A stretch of DNA of 64,000 bases from Fidelibacterota bacterium. Lineage in GTDB: Bacteria > Fidelibacterota > Marinisomatia > Marinisomatales > Marinisomataceae. Positions 48,798 to 58,405 of this stretch are shown here, piece after piece. The first letter of the stretch is position 1. Each line of letters starts with the position of its first letter. The translations under genes were made by a program, and so were the position numbers. The notes under the pieces are model-generated. The model made no database searches. It was not told the origin of the DNA and worked only from the letters and a program-made list of their open reading frames with translations. The stretch lies in the NCBI GenBank assembly GCA_965212055.1, contig OZ243041.1, forward strand, positions 320,001 to 384,000. Reading direction: 5' to 3'.

Positions 48798-49875
48798 AGT
48801 TAACATAGTATTTTGTGGTGGTGGAACAGGAGGTCATTACTATCCGTTGATGGCAATTAAACAAGAACTTGATAAAAAGTTAAAAAATAAAAGCATGTAT
48901 TATATTGGATCAAAATATGGAATTGAATCACAAAAAATAATTTCTGAAAATTTAGAAAGTTTATTAATTCCAATTAGAGGATTAAATCGATCTTTTAGTA
49001 TCAAAAATTTGGTAAATAGCTTTTTCTTATTGTTTGAATTATTTTTTGGTTTTATAAGAGTATTTTTATTTTTCCTAAAGAACAAGCCAAATTTAGTTAT
49101 TGCAACTGGTGGATATTCTTCCTTTTTACCTCTTCAAGTAGCTAGAATATTCAATATCTCATACTTTTTACATGATCAGAATTCATTTCCTGGTATTGTA
49201 ACTAGATTATTTGGTAAGAAAGCAAAAATTGTCTTTCTCGGATTTGATAGTGCAAAAACTTATTTAAAAAAATCAAATACTATATTCTCTGGAAATCCAT
49301 TACATAGTAAATCCTACAAAGATATATCATTAGATATTGATAATAAAAAAAGAGTGTTACTTGTTGTTGGAGGAAGTCAAGGATCAGAATTCTTAAATAA
49401 TCTTGTTTTGGAGGGAATTAAGAAAAATGTTATTCCAGATATTAATCTTATTTGGCTTGTGGGAAAAAATAACTTTAGTAAGTATGAAAAATACAGTAAT
49501 AGTTCAATTAATGTATTATCATTCGTTGAAAATATGCCTTACCTATATAGTATTGCCGATTTAGTTGTATCAAGATCTGGTGCAATGACAGTATCCGAAT
49601 TATTACAATTTGAGAAACCTGCAATTTTTGTACCATTTAGATTTGCTGCAGAAAACCATCAATACTATAATGCTAAAGTTTTAGAGGAGAATTTTGCATC
49701 TATCATTATGCAAGAGAAAGATATAACAAGTAAATCATTATTTAAAAAAATTAATGAAATATTTACCAATGAGAGAATTTATTCTTCTATGAGAAAGAAT
49801 ATAAAAGCAATGAACAAACCTAATTCTTTAAAAATCATTACTGACAATATTTTGGAGCATTTACATGCTAATTAG
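48763..49875 (+). CDS. murG: Lipid II GlcNAc transferase MurG (real start may be TTG at 48787)
   Basis: GGGTGGH, TGGY, GGSQG, SRSGA, HQYYNA. Confidence 0.95.
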   Translation: MLKNGDLALVRKVNIVFCGGGTGGHYYPLMAIKQELDKKLKNKSMYYIGSKYGIESQKIISENLESLLIPIRGLNRSFSIKNLVNSFFLLFELFFGFIRVFLFFLKNKPNLVIATGGYSSFLPLQVARIFNISYFLHDQNSFPGIVTRLFGKKAKIVFLGFDSAKTYLKKSNTIFSGNPLHSKSYKDISLDIDNKKRVLLVVGGSQGSEFLNNLVLEGIKKNVIPDINLIWLVGKNNFSKYEKYSNSSINVLSFVENMPYLYSIADLVVSRSGAMTVSELLQFEKPAIFVPFRFAAENHQYYNAKVLEENFASIIMQEKDITSKSLFKKINEIFTNERIYSSMRKNIKAMNKPNSLKIITDNILEHLHAN

Positions 49876-51232
49876 TGCAAAAAATATCCATTTTGTTGGT
49901 ATCGGAGGTATCGGAATGAGTGGTATTGCAGAATTATTGCATAATCAGAAATTTAATATTACTGGATCTGATTTAACTCAATCTACTAACGTAGATAGGC
50001 TTCGAAAACTCAATATTGAAATATCCATAGGGCACAAAGCGGAAAATATCAATGGATCTGATATTGTAGTTTACTCTGATGCTATTCCAAAAGACAATTG
50101 TGAATTAATAGAGGCGAAGAAACAAAATATTATGTGTTATTCTAGAGCAAAAATGATTTCACAGCTTGCAAAATTGAAAACTTCTACAGTTGCGATTTCT
50201 GGTACACATGGAAAAACAACAACAACATCAATGATTGGTTCAATATTAAAAGATTCTGAATTGGATCCTACAATTATTGTTGGAGGGGTTGTTAAATCTA
50301 TCAATACTAATTCAGTATTAGGTGAAGGAGATATTTTTGTAGTTGAAGCTGATGAATACAATAGAAGTCTTTTAGAACTCAATCCTACCATAGCTCTTAT
50401 CAACAATATTGACTTAGAACATGTAGATTGCTATAAGGATATAGATGATTTAAAAAGAACTTTTCTTGAATTTACAAGTCCTATTCCATTTTATGGGGCT
50501 GTAAGTATCTGCAAAGATTCTGAGAATGCTGCCTCATTAATTGAGTCAATTGATAAACCAATTTTTACTTATGGAATCAAATCAAAAGATGTTGATTTTA
50601 GAGCAGAAGATATTGTACAGGAAAATGGTAAAACTACATTTAACCTAATTACAAAGAATAAAAAATATCCTATATCGATAAATCTTCCTGGTCAATATAA
50701 TGTATTAAACGCTTTAGGAGCTATTTCAATAGCTACCATAATGAATATTCCGATAGATAAGATTACCACAAGTCTAAATGGTTTTGATGGGGTAAAAAGA
50801 AGATTTGATATTAAAACTCACAGTGAAGAATTAACAATTATTGATGATTATGGACATCATCCAGTAGAAGTAGAGAGTGTTATAAAAGCAATAAAAGATA
50901 ATTGGGATAGAAGGTTAGTAGTAGCTTTTCAACCTCATCTTTATTCAAGAACAGCGCAATTTTCCAAAGAATTTGCACAATCTCTCTTGTTAGCTGATTC
51001 AGTACTAGTAACTGAAATCTTTGCATCTAGAGAATCAATGAATGAATCTATTAATTCTGAAAAGATTGTAGAGGAAATGAAAAATTTAGGACACAAATCG
51101 GTCTCTAATACAACATTAGAAAATTTGATTAATGATATAGAATCAAATTACAAAAAAGGAGACATAATTCTAATGATTGGAGCAGGAAATATATGGCGAT
51201 ATTGTGATCCACTTAAGGATAGACTGGTATAA
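49865..51232 (+). CDS. murC: UDP-MurNAc:L-Ala ligase
   Basis: HFVGIGGIGMSG, GTHGKTTT, EADE, DDYGHHP, FQPHLYSR. Confidence 0.97.
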   Translation: MLISAKNIHFVGIGGIGMSGIAELLHNQKFNITGSDLTQSTNVDRLRKLNIEISIGHKAENINGSDIVVYSDAIPKDNCELIEAKKQNIMCYSRAKMISQLAKLKTSTVAISGTHGKTTTTSMIGSILKDSELDPTIIVGGVVKSINTNSVLGEGDIFVVEADEYNRSLLELNPTIALINNIDLEHVDCYKDIDDLKRTFLEFTSPIPFYGAVSICKDSENAASLIESIDKPIFTYGIKSKDVDFRAEDIVQENGKTTFNLITKNKKYPISINLPGQYNVLNALGAISIATIMNIPIDKITTSLNGFDGVKRRFDIKTHSEELTIIDDYGHHPVEVESVIKAIKDNWDRRLVVAFQPHLYSRTAQFSKEFAQSLLLADSVLVTEIFASRESMNESINSEKIVEEMKNLGHKSVSNTTLENLINDIESNYKKGDIILMIGAGNIWRYCDPLKDRLV

Positions 51233-52158
51233 TGCAACAATTGAAAGAATATATTATAAATGATACAAATTCAACGGTTTTAGTTGATGAATCGATGAAG
51301 AAACATACAACGTATGGTATTGGTGGTCCTGCGGAAATGTTTGTTTTGCCATCCAATAAAGAAGACTTGATTAGAGTGTTTGAAATAAGTAGAGAAGCTA
51401 ATCAAGAAATTAATGTTATTGGTTCCGGATCTAACTTATTAGTTAGTGATAATGGCATTAAAGGAGTGGTGATTTGTATCAAAGATTGTCTAAAAAATTT
51501 GGAAGTAAACAATAATAAAATTTATGCAGAATGTGGAGTAATGTTGGGAAAATTAGTAAGAGAATCCATTAAAAATAATCTAAAAGGTTTAGAAAATCTT
51601 GTTGGAGTTCCAGGTACTCTTGGAGGGGCATTAATTATGAATGCTGGTGCATGGGGAGGCGAAGTTTCAAATTGCTTGAAGAGCGTAGAATTACTTGATT
51701 CTGATAACCAGCTCGTAACTTTATTAAAATCTGAGATTGATTTTGGTTATAGATCCTCTTCGTTTAAAAATGGAAGCATACTTTTATCAGCAATATTTGA
51801 TCTTACTTTATCGGATGAAAATTTAATAAAAGACCAATCTCAAATAGCTCAATCTGGAAGAAAAGATACACAACCATTGAACTATCGTTCTGCTGGTAGC
51901 GTATTCAAGAATCCTTCAAAAGATAATCCTGCTGGAATGTTAATTGATAAAGCAGGATTAAAAGGTTTGACTATTGGACAAGCACAAATTTCTGAAAAAC
52001 ATGCAAATTTTTTTGTGAATGTAGGAGATGCAAAGGCAGAAGAGATGTTGGCTTTAATAAAGAAAGCAAAATTTACGGTCAAAGATAAATTTGATATAGA
52101 AATGAATTTGGAAGTGAAACTAATGGGTTTTGAAGAGAAAGAAATTGAGTCATTATGA
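51232..52158 (+). CDS. murB: UDP-N-acetylenolpyruvoylglucosamine reductase
   Basis: GSGSNLL, PGTLGGALIMNAGA, SAGSVFKNP, KHANF. Confidence 0.96.
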   Translation: MQQLKEYIINDTNSTVLVDESMKKHTTYGIGGPAEMFVLPSNKEDLIRVFEISREANQEINVIGSGSNLLVSDNGIKGVVICIKDCLKNLEVNNNKIYAECGVMLGKLVRESIKNNLKGLENLVGVPGTLGGALIMNAGAWGGEVSNCLKSVELLDSDNQLVTLLKSEIDFGYRSSSFKNGSILLSAIFDLTLSDENLIKDQSQIAQSGRKDTQPLNYRSAGSVFKNPSKDNPAGMLIDKAGLKGLTIGQAQISEKHANFFVNVGDAKAEEMLALIKKAKFTVKDKFDIEMNLEVKLMGFEEKEIESL

Positions 52159-52922
52159 ATATTAACAAAATAAAAGAGTTTTTTATATCTTGTTCACGCT
52201 ATATAGAAATTCCTTTCTTTTTGTTAAGAATGGGAATAATAATTTTCTTGGCCATTAAATGGGCGGCATTTAATGATATGTTTACCATTAAAAATGTTGA
52301 GATTGATGGTATAAATTATTTTGATGAAACTCCATTACTCTCTTATAAAGATAAAATTAATAATCATCACATTCTATTTTTTGATTTAAAATCTTATAAG
52401 AATGATATTCAATCTCTAGAGTATATAAAAGATTGCAAGATTTTTAGGACATTTCCTCAAACAATTAATATTACTATCTATGAGAGAGAGCCTATTGCTA
52501 TAATAAATGCAGAAGATTTAATTATGCTGGATTCTGATGGTATTTGTTTACCAGTCCAATATTCTAGTATGTCTCTTCCAATATTGTCGAATTTTAAAAC
52601 CAACAAAGAGTTATATCCAAGAGGGGAAAAAACCAAATCTTTAAATGTTCTGAAGTCTGTGGATATTATCAGATATTCAAAGAAAAACTTTGCGAGTTTA
52701 TATGAAGAAATTTCAGAATTTCTTTTTAATGAAGAAAATGAATATGAAATAATTCTCAAGAATGGTAAAACAAAAATTTTACTTGGATCAGATGAGATCT
52801 TTAAAAAACTAGATTATTTGCAAGCTTTTGAAAGCGCTTTGCCTGACGATAAAAACTTTAATATTTATAAGTACATAGATCTTAGATATAAAAATCAAAT
52901 AATAGTTAGAGAAAGAATATGA
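52155..52922 (+). CDS. ftsQ: Cell division protein FtsQ/DivIB
   Basis: TM helix, POTRA-like region, EREPIA, C-terminal YIDLRYKNQI; located before ftsA. Confidence 0.85.
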   Translation: MNINKIKEFFISCSRYIEIPFFLLRMGIIIFLAIKWAAFNDMFTIKNVEIDGINYFDETPLLSYKDKINNHHILFFDLKSYKNDIQSLEYIKDCKIFRTFPQTINITIYEREPIAIINAEDLIMLDSDGICLPVQYSSMSLPILSNFKTNKELYPRGEKTKSLNVLKSVDIIRYSKKNFASLYEEISEFLFNEENEYEIILKNGKTKILLGSDEIFKKLDYLQAFESALPDDKNFNIYKYIDLRYKNQIIVRERI

Positions 52923-54148
52923 GCAATCCATTACATGTAGCTTTTGATTTAGGTTCTTTTAGTATCAAGGGTGCTGTGGGAAGAGTAAATCAGGACCAAG
53001 AATTAGAGATTTTATCTATTCAAACTATTAAAACTGAAAGCATAGAATGTGGAACTATCGTTGATAAAGAAAAATTAAGAAAAGATTTGGAATATTTAAT
53101 AGATAGACTTGAAAAAGAAGCAAAAATTAACATTAAAGATGTTATGGTTTCACTGTCAGGTGAAACTATTAAATCTATTAATTCATTAAGTCGTACCAGC
53201 ATAAATGATAGTACCGATTCTAAGATAGATGAAGAAATTAAATCAAAACTTTTATCGCAGTGTGCTGATATTCAAGTTTCTACAGGCAGACATATTTTAC
53301 ACAAGATTTCTCAAGGATTTGTTATAGATGATTCACCTCTCGTTCGTAATCCTCTTGGGATGCGTGGGAAAATTGTTGAAGCAAGAGCTCACATAATTCA
53401 TGTTCAAGAATTCAATTTGGCTCAAATTGATGCATGTTTTACTGGAGATTTAGCAATTGATATTAATCCAGTATTTGATGGTTTAGCATCCTCTTATGGC
53501 AATCTTTCAGAAGACGATAAGAAGCTCGGAGTTGTGTTTGTAGATATTGGTTCTGATAAAACTAATGTTGTAATCTATAAAGACAAATATCTTATTCACT
53601 CAAAGGTGATTCCTATAGGATCTAGTTTAGTGACAAAAGATTTAGCGACAAGATTTGATACATCAATTCAACATGCAGAAGAAATAAAAAGAAAACATGT
53701 ATCTGCACTATCAAAACTTGCTGATGTTGAATCAAATTTTGAGCTACCAATAGAAAACGATGATTTAAAAAGAAAATTTAATAAGAAAGAAGTCTCAGAA
53801 ATCGCAGAATCAAGGTTTAAAGAAATAATTAATAAAGTGAATGAAGAAATTCAAGCTTCAGGGGTAAATATATTAAAATTTGGATCGGGTATTAAAATTA
53901 CTGGAGGCGGAGCAAATGTAAAAAACCTTGATTTACTAGTTAAGGAACAACTAGGAACAAAATGTGAATATTTACAACTAAAGAAGACAGTCTTCAAAGA
54001 AAATTTAGAGGACAAACGAGAATATGCAACGCTTATTGGTCTATTATTATGGCCAATATCGCATGTAGAAGACGATAGCCCTCTTATTGGTATTAAAAAA
54101 TCATTTACAGAAAACTTTTCAAATATATGGAAAGGTTTCTTTGAATAA
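52919..54148 (+). CDS. ftsA: Cell division protein FtsA
   Basis: FDLGS, NPLGMRG, VDIGS, AEEIK, ITGGGA, C-terminal amphipathic helix. Confidence 0.93.
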   Translation: MSNPLHVAFDLGSFSIKGAVGRVNQDQELEILSIQTIKTESIECGTIVDKEKLRKDLEYLIDRLEKEAKINIKDVMVSLSGETIKSINSLSRTSINDSTDSKIDEEIKSKLLSQCADIQVSTGRHILHKISQGFVIDDSPLVRNPLGMRGKIVEARAHIIHVQEFNLAQIDACFTGDLAIDINPVFDGLASSYGNLSEDDKKLGVVFVDIGSDKTNVVIYKDKYLIHSKVIPIGSSLVTKDLATRFDTSIQHAEEIKRKHVSALSKLADVESNFELPIENDDLKRKFNKKEVSEIAESRFKEIINKVNEEIQASGVNILKFGSGIKITGGGANVKNLDLLVKEQLGTKCEYLQLKKTVFKENLEDKREYATLIGLLLWPISHVEDDSPLIGIKKSFTENFSNIWKGFFE

Positions 54149-54163
54149 AAAAAGGAGAGAGTA

Positions 54164-55411
54164 ATGTTATTTGAATTTGATGATATAAGAGATCAAAAAG
54201 CTAGAATTAAGGTGCTAGGAGTCGGTGGTGCTGGAGGAAATGCAGTAAATAGAATGATTACATCAGGAATGGAAGGAGTAGATTTCATTGCGATTAATAC
54301 TGATTTCCAAGATTTAGATACTAATCATGCTGAGACAAAAATCCAGATTGGAAGAGACCTTACCAAAGGTTTGGGAGCAGGTGCAAAACCAGATATTGGT
54401 CGTAAAGCAATGCTAAATGATCAAGAACATGTTCAATCACTTGTCGCTGGATCTGACCTAGTTTTTGTGACTGCTGGTATGGGAGGCGGTACTGGGACAG
54501 GTGCTGCGCCTGTTGTTGCAAAAGTATGTAAAGACTTAGGGATTCTTACAGTTGCAATTGTAACCTTACCCTTTAATTTTGAAGCACCGAAGAGAATGTC
54601 AAGGGCTTTACAAGGAGTTTCAATATTAAGAAATTTTTGTGATACACTAATCGTTATTCCTAACGAAAGACTAAAATCAGTTACTAAGAGAGAGACAACT
54701 GCGAAAGATGCATTTAAAATGTCTGACTCAATATTATTGCAAGCAGCACAAGGAATATCGGACTTAATTAATCAGCGAGGAGAAATTAATTTAGACTTTG
54801 CTGATGTTGAGAGTGTAATGCGAGGAATGGGTGATGCAGTGATTGGTTCAGGTATTGCAAGAGGACAAGAAAGAGCTGTTTTAGCTGCTCAGCAAGCAAT
54901 ATCTAGTCCATTGTTAGATACACAATCAATTAGTGGAGCAAAAGGAGCCATTGTTAATATTACAGCAAATGAAGATATGAAACTGGAAGAACTTTCAGCT
55001 GCTACAAAAATCATCTTTGAAGAAGCAGGAAAAGATGTAAATCTAATCTCTGGGTATGTTCTTGATAAAAATATGGGAGATGAATTAAAAGTAACTGTTA
55101 TTGCTACAGGCTTTAATTCAAAACCAATTGAACAAATGGAAAAATCACAAGATGTATTAAGAGGTAATTATAATAGAAAAAGTGAAGAAATAATGGAGAT
55201 AGAAGATACTCCATTATTTAGAGAAAGTAGTTCTAATAATAGTTCAACTTTTAAGAAGAACGAAGAAATTGATTTAGAAAAAGATGAAGATGGACCGACA
55301 CTTGTGTTCGGAGATGGGCATAATCAAACTCATGAAGCAGATCAGAATCAGAAAGAAAATCAGAAAGATGAATCTGATATACCTGCTTATATGAGAAAAC
55401 AAAATCAATAA
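54164..55411 (+). CDS. ftsZ: Cell division protein FtsZ
   Basis: GVGGAGGNAV, GMGGGTGTG, INLDFADV, C-terminal DIPAYMRK. Confidence 0.98.
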   Translation: MLFEFDDIRDQKARIKVLGVGGAGGNAVNRMITSGMEGVDFIAINTDFQDLDTNHAETKIQIGRDLTKGLGAGAKPDIGRKAMLNDQEHVQSLVAGSDLVFVTAGMGGGTGTGAAPVVAKVCKDLGILTVAIVTLPFNFEAPKRMSRALQGVSILRNFCDTLIVIPNERLKSVTKRETTAKDAFKMSDSILLQAAQGISDLINQRGEINLDFADVESVMRGMGDAVIGSGIARGQERAVLAAQQAISSPLLDTQSISGAKGAIVNITANEDMKLEELSAATKIIFEEAGKDVNLISGYVLDKNMGDELKVTVIATGFNSKPIEQMEKSQDVLRGNYNRKSEEIMEIEDTPLFRESSSNNSSTFKKNEEIDLEKDEDGPTLVFGDGHNQTHEADQNQKENQKDESDIPAYMRKQNQ

Positions 55412-55437
55412 ATTGGTTGGCTACCGATAAAAGGGAA

Positions 55438-55474
55438 AGGGGCTCCTAGCCAAAATGGCTGGGAGCCCCTCTTT
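55438..55474 (+). terminator. GC-rich 15-bp hairpin after ftsZ, probable intrinsic terminator
   Basis: AGGGGCTCCTAGCCA-AAA-TGGCTGGGAGCCCCT (one G-U pair) followed by CTTT. Confidence 0.65.
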
Positions 55475-55516
55475 AAATTCTTTGCTATATTTATTTTCAT
55501 CTATAAATTCACTTTC

Positions 55517-55855
55517 ATGAACAATCTTTGGGAAGATTTTAAAAAGAGTATATCTGAATGGGGCATAGTCGCCTCTGAAAAAGCAGAAGAGTTTACTCAC
55601 AAAAGCAGACTTCGTCTTGATATTCTTCAATTAGAAAGAAAACTTTCTAGCTTGTATGTAAAATTGGGACTCTATGTATTTAATAAGACTCAGGATAAAA
55701 ATGTTCTAAATTTTGTTGGCGATAAACGTTATTTATCACTAATTAATGATATTGTTGTGATTAAAAAAAGAATTAAAGATAAAAAAGATGAAATTAACAA
55801 TCCTAATCATAAAACATCTGAACCAATGGGTTCAATCGAAGAGGAAAACAAGTAA
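55517..55855 (+). CDS. Hypothetical coiled-coil protein
   Basis: Open 112-aa ORF 2 nt before the M23 gene; helical, charged composition. Confidence 0.7.
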   Translation: MNNLWEDFKKSISEWGIVASEKAEEFTHKSRLRLDILQLERKLSSLYVKLGLYVFNKTQDKNVLNFVGDKRYLSLINDIVVIKKRIKDKKDEINNPNHKTSEPMGSIEEENK

Positions 55856-55857
55856 TT

Positions 55858-56754
55858 ATGAATAAGAAAAAATATTTTTCATTCCATTATCTTTCTTCCA
55901 ATAAATTGCGTCAGATTAATTTTTCACTCTTGGATGTTGCCACTTTTCTTACCGTCCTTTGCATGTTATTCATTGGCATTAATTATTATCTTTCTATCGA
56001 ATTTTCAAGCAACTATTACGAAGGAAAGATAGAAGAAACCAATCAGAAATATTCTGATGTTTCTGAAGAATTATTAAATAAAGTTTCTGAACTCGAAAAA
56101 GATTTAGCATTGTTAGAAGAAAAAGATAGCGAAATGAGAACATATGCTGCATTGCCACCATTAGATGACGATATTAAGAAGATGGGAACAGGTGGATCAA
56201 ATATTGAAGAAATAAATGATGAAAATTCTTCGATGATATTAGATAAATTAAAAAATACGATTGACTCGTTATCATATACTGTGAATTCACAGAAAAATAG
56301 TTATAACACTATTTTTAATAAAATTAAATCAAATGAAAAAATGTATCGTCATATTCCATCTATTATGCCTGTTGAATCTGCATATTTAGGTTCAACTTAT
56401 GGTTATCGAACTGATCCAATAGATGGAAAAAGAAGAATGCACCGTGGACAAGATTTTGCGGTTAACCTAAATACTCCTGTTATTGCAGCAGGTGATGGAG
56501 TTGTAACAAAAGCACAGTATGACTCTGGTTGGGGACGTTATGTGAAAATTGATCATGGTTATGGCTATGAAACAATATATGCCCATCTTTATAAGATTAA
56601 TGTTAAAAAAGGTCAGAAAATCAAACGAGGTGATGTGGTAGGAAAATCTGGTAACAGCGGTAGAGCTGCTGGATTCCATCTCCACTACGAAGTACATAAA
56701 AATAAAAAAGTAGAAGATCCTAAAAAATACTTTTTTATCGGTTATATCAAATAA
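55858..56754 (+). CDS. M23 family metallopeptidase (membrane anchored, coiled coil)
   Basis: HRGQD (HxxxD), YAHL, HLHYEV. Confidence 0.93.
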   Translation: MNKKKYFSFHYLSSNKLRQINFSLLDVATFLTVLCMLFIGINYYLSIEFSSNYYEGKIEETNQKYSDVSEELLNKVSELEKDLALLEEKDSEMRTYAALPPLDDDIKKMGTGGSNIEEINDENSSMILDKLKNTIDSLSYTVNSQKNSYNTIFNKIKSNEKMYRHIPSIMPVESAYLGSTYGYRTDPIDGKRRMHRGQDFAVNLNTPVIAAGDGVVTKAQYDSGWGRYVKIDHGYGYETIYAHLYKINVKKGQKIKRGDVVGKSGNSGRAAGFHLHYEVHKNKKVEDPKKYFFIGYIK

Positions 56755-56755
56755 T

Positions 56756-58087
56756 ATGCACAATTCTGAATTAAAAGTGAAACGCTATGCGCTTGAGAGC
56801 TATGGCTGTCAAATGAATATGGCCGATTCAGAGCTTGTCGATGGTATTCTCAAGGATATCGGGTTAAAAAAAACAGAAAATTTAAATGATGCAGATGCTA
56901 TTTTTGTCAATACATGTGCAATTAGAGAGAATGCAGAAAAGAAAATCCATTCTCGTTTAGGGAATTTTCACAAGCTCAAAAAAGAAAAACCACATTTGAT
57001 TATTGGTGTCCTAGGATGTATGGCTCAAAACCTTAAGAATGACTTGCTAAAAAATAAGCCTTATGTTGATATTATTCTTGGTCCAGATTCTTATAGGAAC
57101 CTTCCTCAATTGATGAATCGTCATATGGTGGAAAAGAATAGTATCGTTGATACAAAATTATCAAGATATGAAGTCTATGAAAATTTGTTCCCAAAGAGAA
57201 ACAAAGGTGTTAATGCATGGGTTTCAATTATGAGAGGATGTGATAAATTTTGTTCATTTTGTATTGTACCATTCACGAGAGGAAGAGAAAGAAGTAGAAG
57301 TGTTGAGAGTATTGTTACTGAAGTAAGAAAAGCAGTTGACCAAGGTTTTGTAGAAATAACTTTGTTAGGTCAGAATGTTAATTCATATAAACACGAGAAA
57401 AATTCGTTTGCTGATTTACTTCTTTCTGTTTCAGATATTGATGGAGTACAACGTATTCGTTATACTTCTCCACATCCTCAGGATATTAATGTTGAATTAT
57501 TAGAAGTAATGGCTTCAAGAAAAAATATTTGTAATTATGTTCATTTTCCTATGCAGTCTGGTTCTAACGAAATTTTACAACGTATGAACAGAACATACAC
57601 AAGGGAACATTTTCATTATATGGCTGATACAATAAGAGAAATAATGCCTAATTGTGGATTATCAACTGATATTATTGTTGGTTTTCCTGGTGAGACTGAG
57701 AAACATTTTGAAGAAACGTTAGATTTAATGGAAAAAATAAAATTTAATTCTGCTTTTACCTTTAAATATTCACCTAGGCCATATACAAAAGCTGAACAAT
57801 TTACCGATCAAATTGATGAAACAATCAAAAAAGAACGATTAGACAAACTAATTAATGTTCAAAGGAAACACACTTTAGAATTGAATTCAAAAAAGATTGG
57901 TAAAATTGAAAATGTATTAATAGAGAAAGAAAGCAAAAAATCATCTAATCACTGGGCTGGAAGAACTGACTCAAATGAATGGGTGATTTTAGAAAAAAAT
58001 TCAAGTAAAATTAAAGATATAATTCCGGTAGAAATTGTAGATGCAACAGGAGTAATTTTACATGGAAAGAAAATGGTTGAAGCATAA
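56756..58087 (+). CDS. miaB: tRNA-i6A37 methylthiotransferase MiaB
   Basis: YGCQMN, NTCAIRE, GCMAQ, CDKFCSFC radical SAM motif, TRAM domain. Confidence 0.96.
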   Translation: MHNSELKVKRYALESYGCQMNMADSELVDGILKDIGLKKTENLNDADAIFVNTCAIRENAEKKIHSRLGNFHKLKKEKPHLIIGVLGCMAQNLKNDLLKNKPYVDIILGPDSYRNLPQLMNRHMVEKNSIVDTKLSRYEVYENLFPKRNKGVNAWVSIMRGCDKFCSFCIVPFTRGRERSRSVESIVTEVRKAVDQGFVEITLLGQNVNSYKHEKNSFADLLLSVSDIDGVQRIRYTSPHPQDINVELLEVMASRKNICNYVHFPMQSGSNEILQRMNRTYTREHFHYMADTIREIMPNCGLSTDIIVGFPGETEKHFEETLDLMEKIKFNSAFTFKYSPRPYTKAEQFTDQIDETIKKERLDKLINVQRKHTLELNSKKIGKIENVLIEKESKKSSNHWAGRTDSNEWVILEKNSSKIKDIIPVEIVDATGVILHGKKMVEA

Positions 58088-58401
58088 TGTTTAGATTGTT
58101 AAAAATTTTATTTTTCTCAGCATTTCTTGCTGGAACTTTCTTTTGGTTTCGAATGAATAGCGATCCTATTACCATCTATTTTTTTAGAGAAGAAGGTATC
58201 ACAAATGAAGGGTATATAGTAATTGTAGCTCTTATTATGATTGGAATGGTGATAGGATATATCATTTCTTTGAAATCGGTGATTTCTTATCGTTCTGAAA
58301 TTTCTGGTTTGGTAAAGAAAAATAAAGAAGTCTCTGATGAACTTGATAGCTTAAGAAATGTAGCTATCGGTGAAGAATTTAATTTTACTGATAAGGAATA
58401 A
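58087..58401 (+). CDS. LapA-like membrane protein
   Basis: Two TM helices plus coiled coil ending ELDSLRN; directly before a LapB-like TPR gene. Confidence 0.65.
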   Translation: MFRLLKILFFSAFLAGTFFWFRMNSDPITIYFFREEGITNEGYIVIVALIMIGMVIGYIISLKSVISYRSEISGLVKKNKEVSDELDSLRNVAIGEEFNFTDKE

Positions 58402-58405
58402 CTTT

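Noticed and set aside
55421..55630. 69-aa minus-strand ORF after ftsZ
   Set aside because: Overlaps the hairpin and the + strand ORF 55517-55855, which fits the operon better
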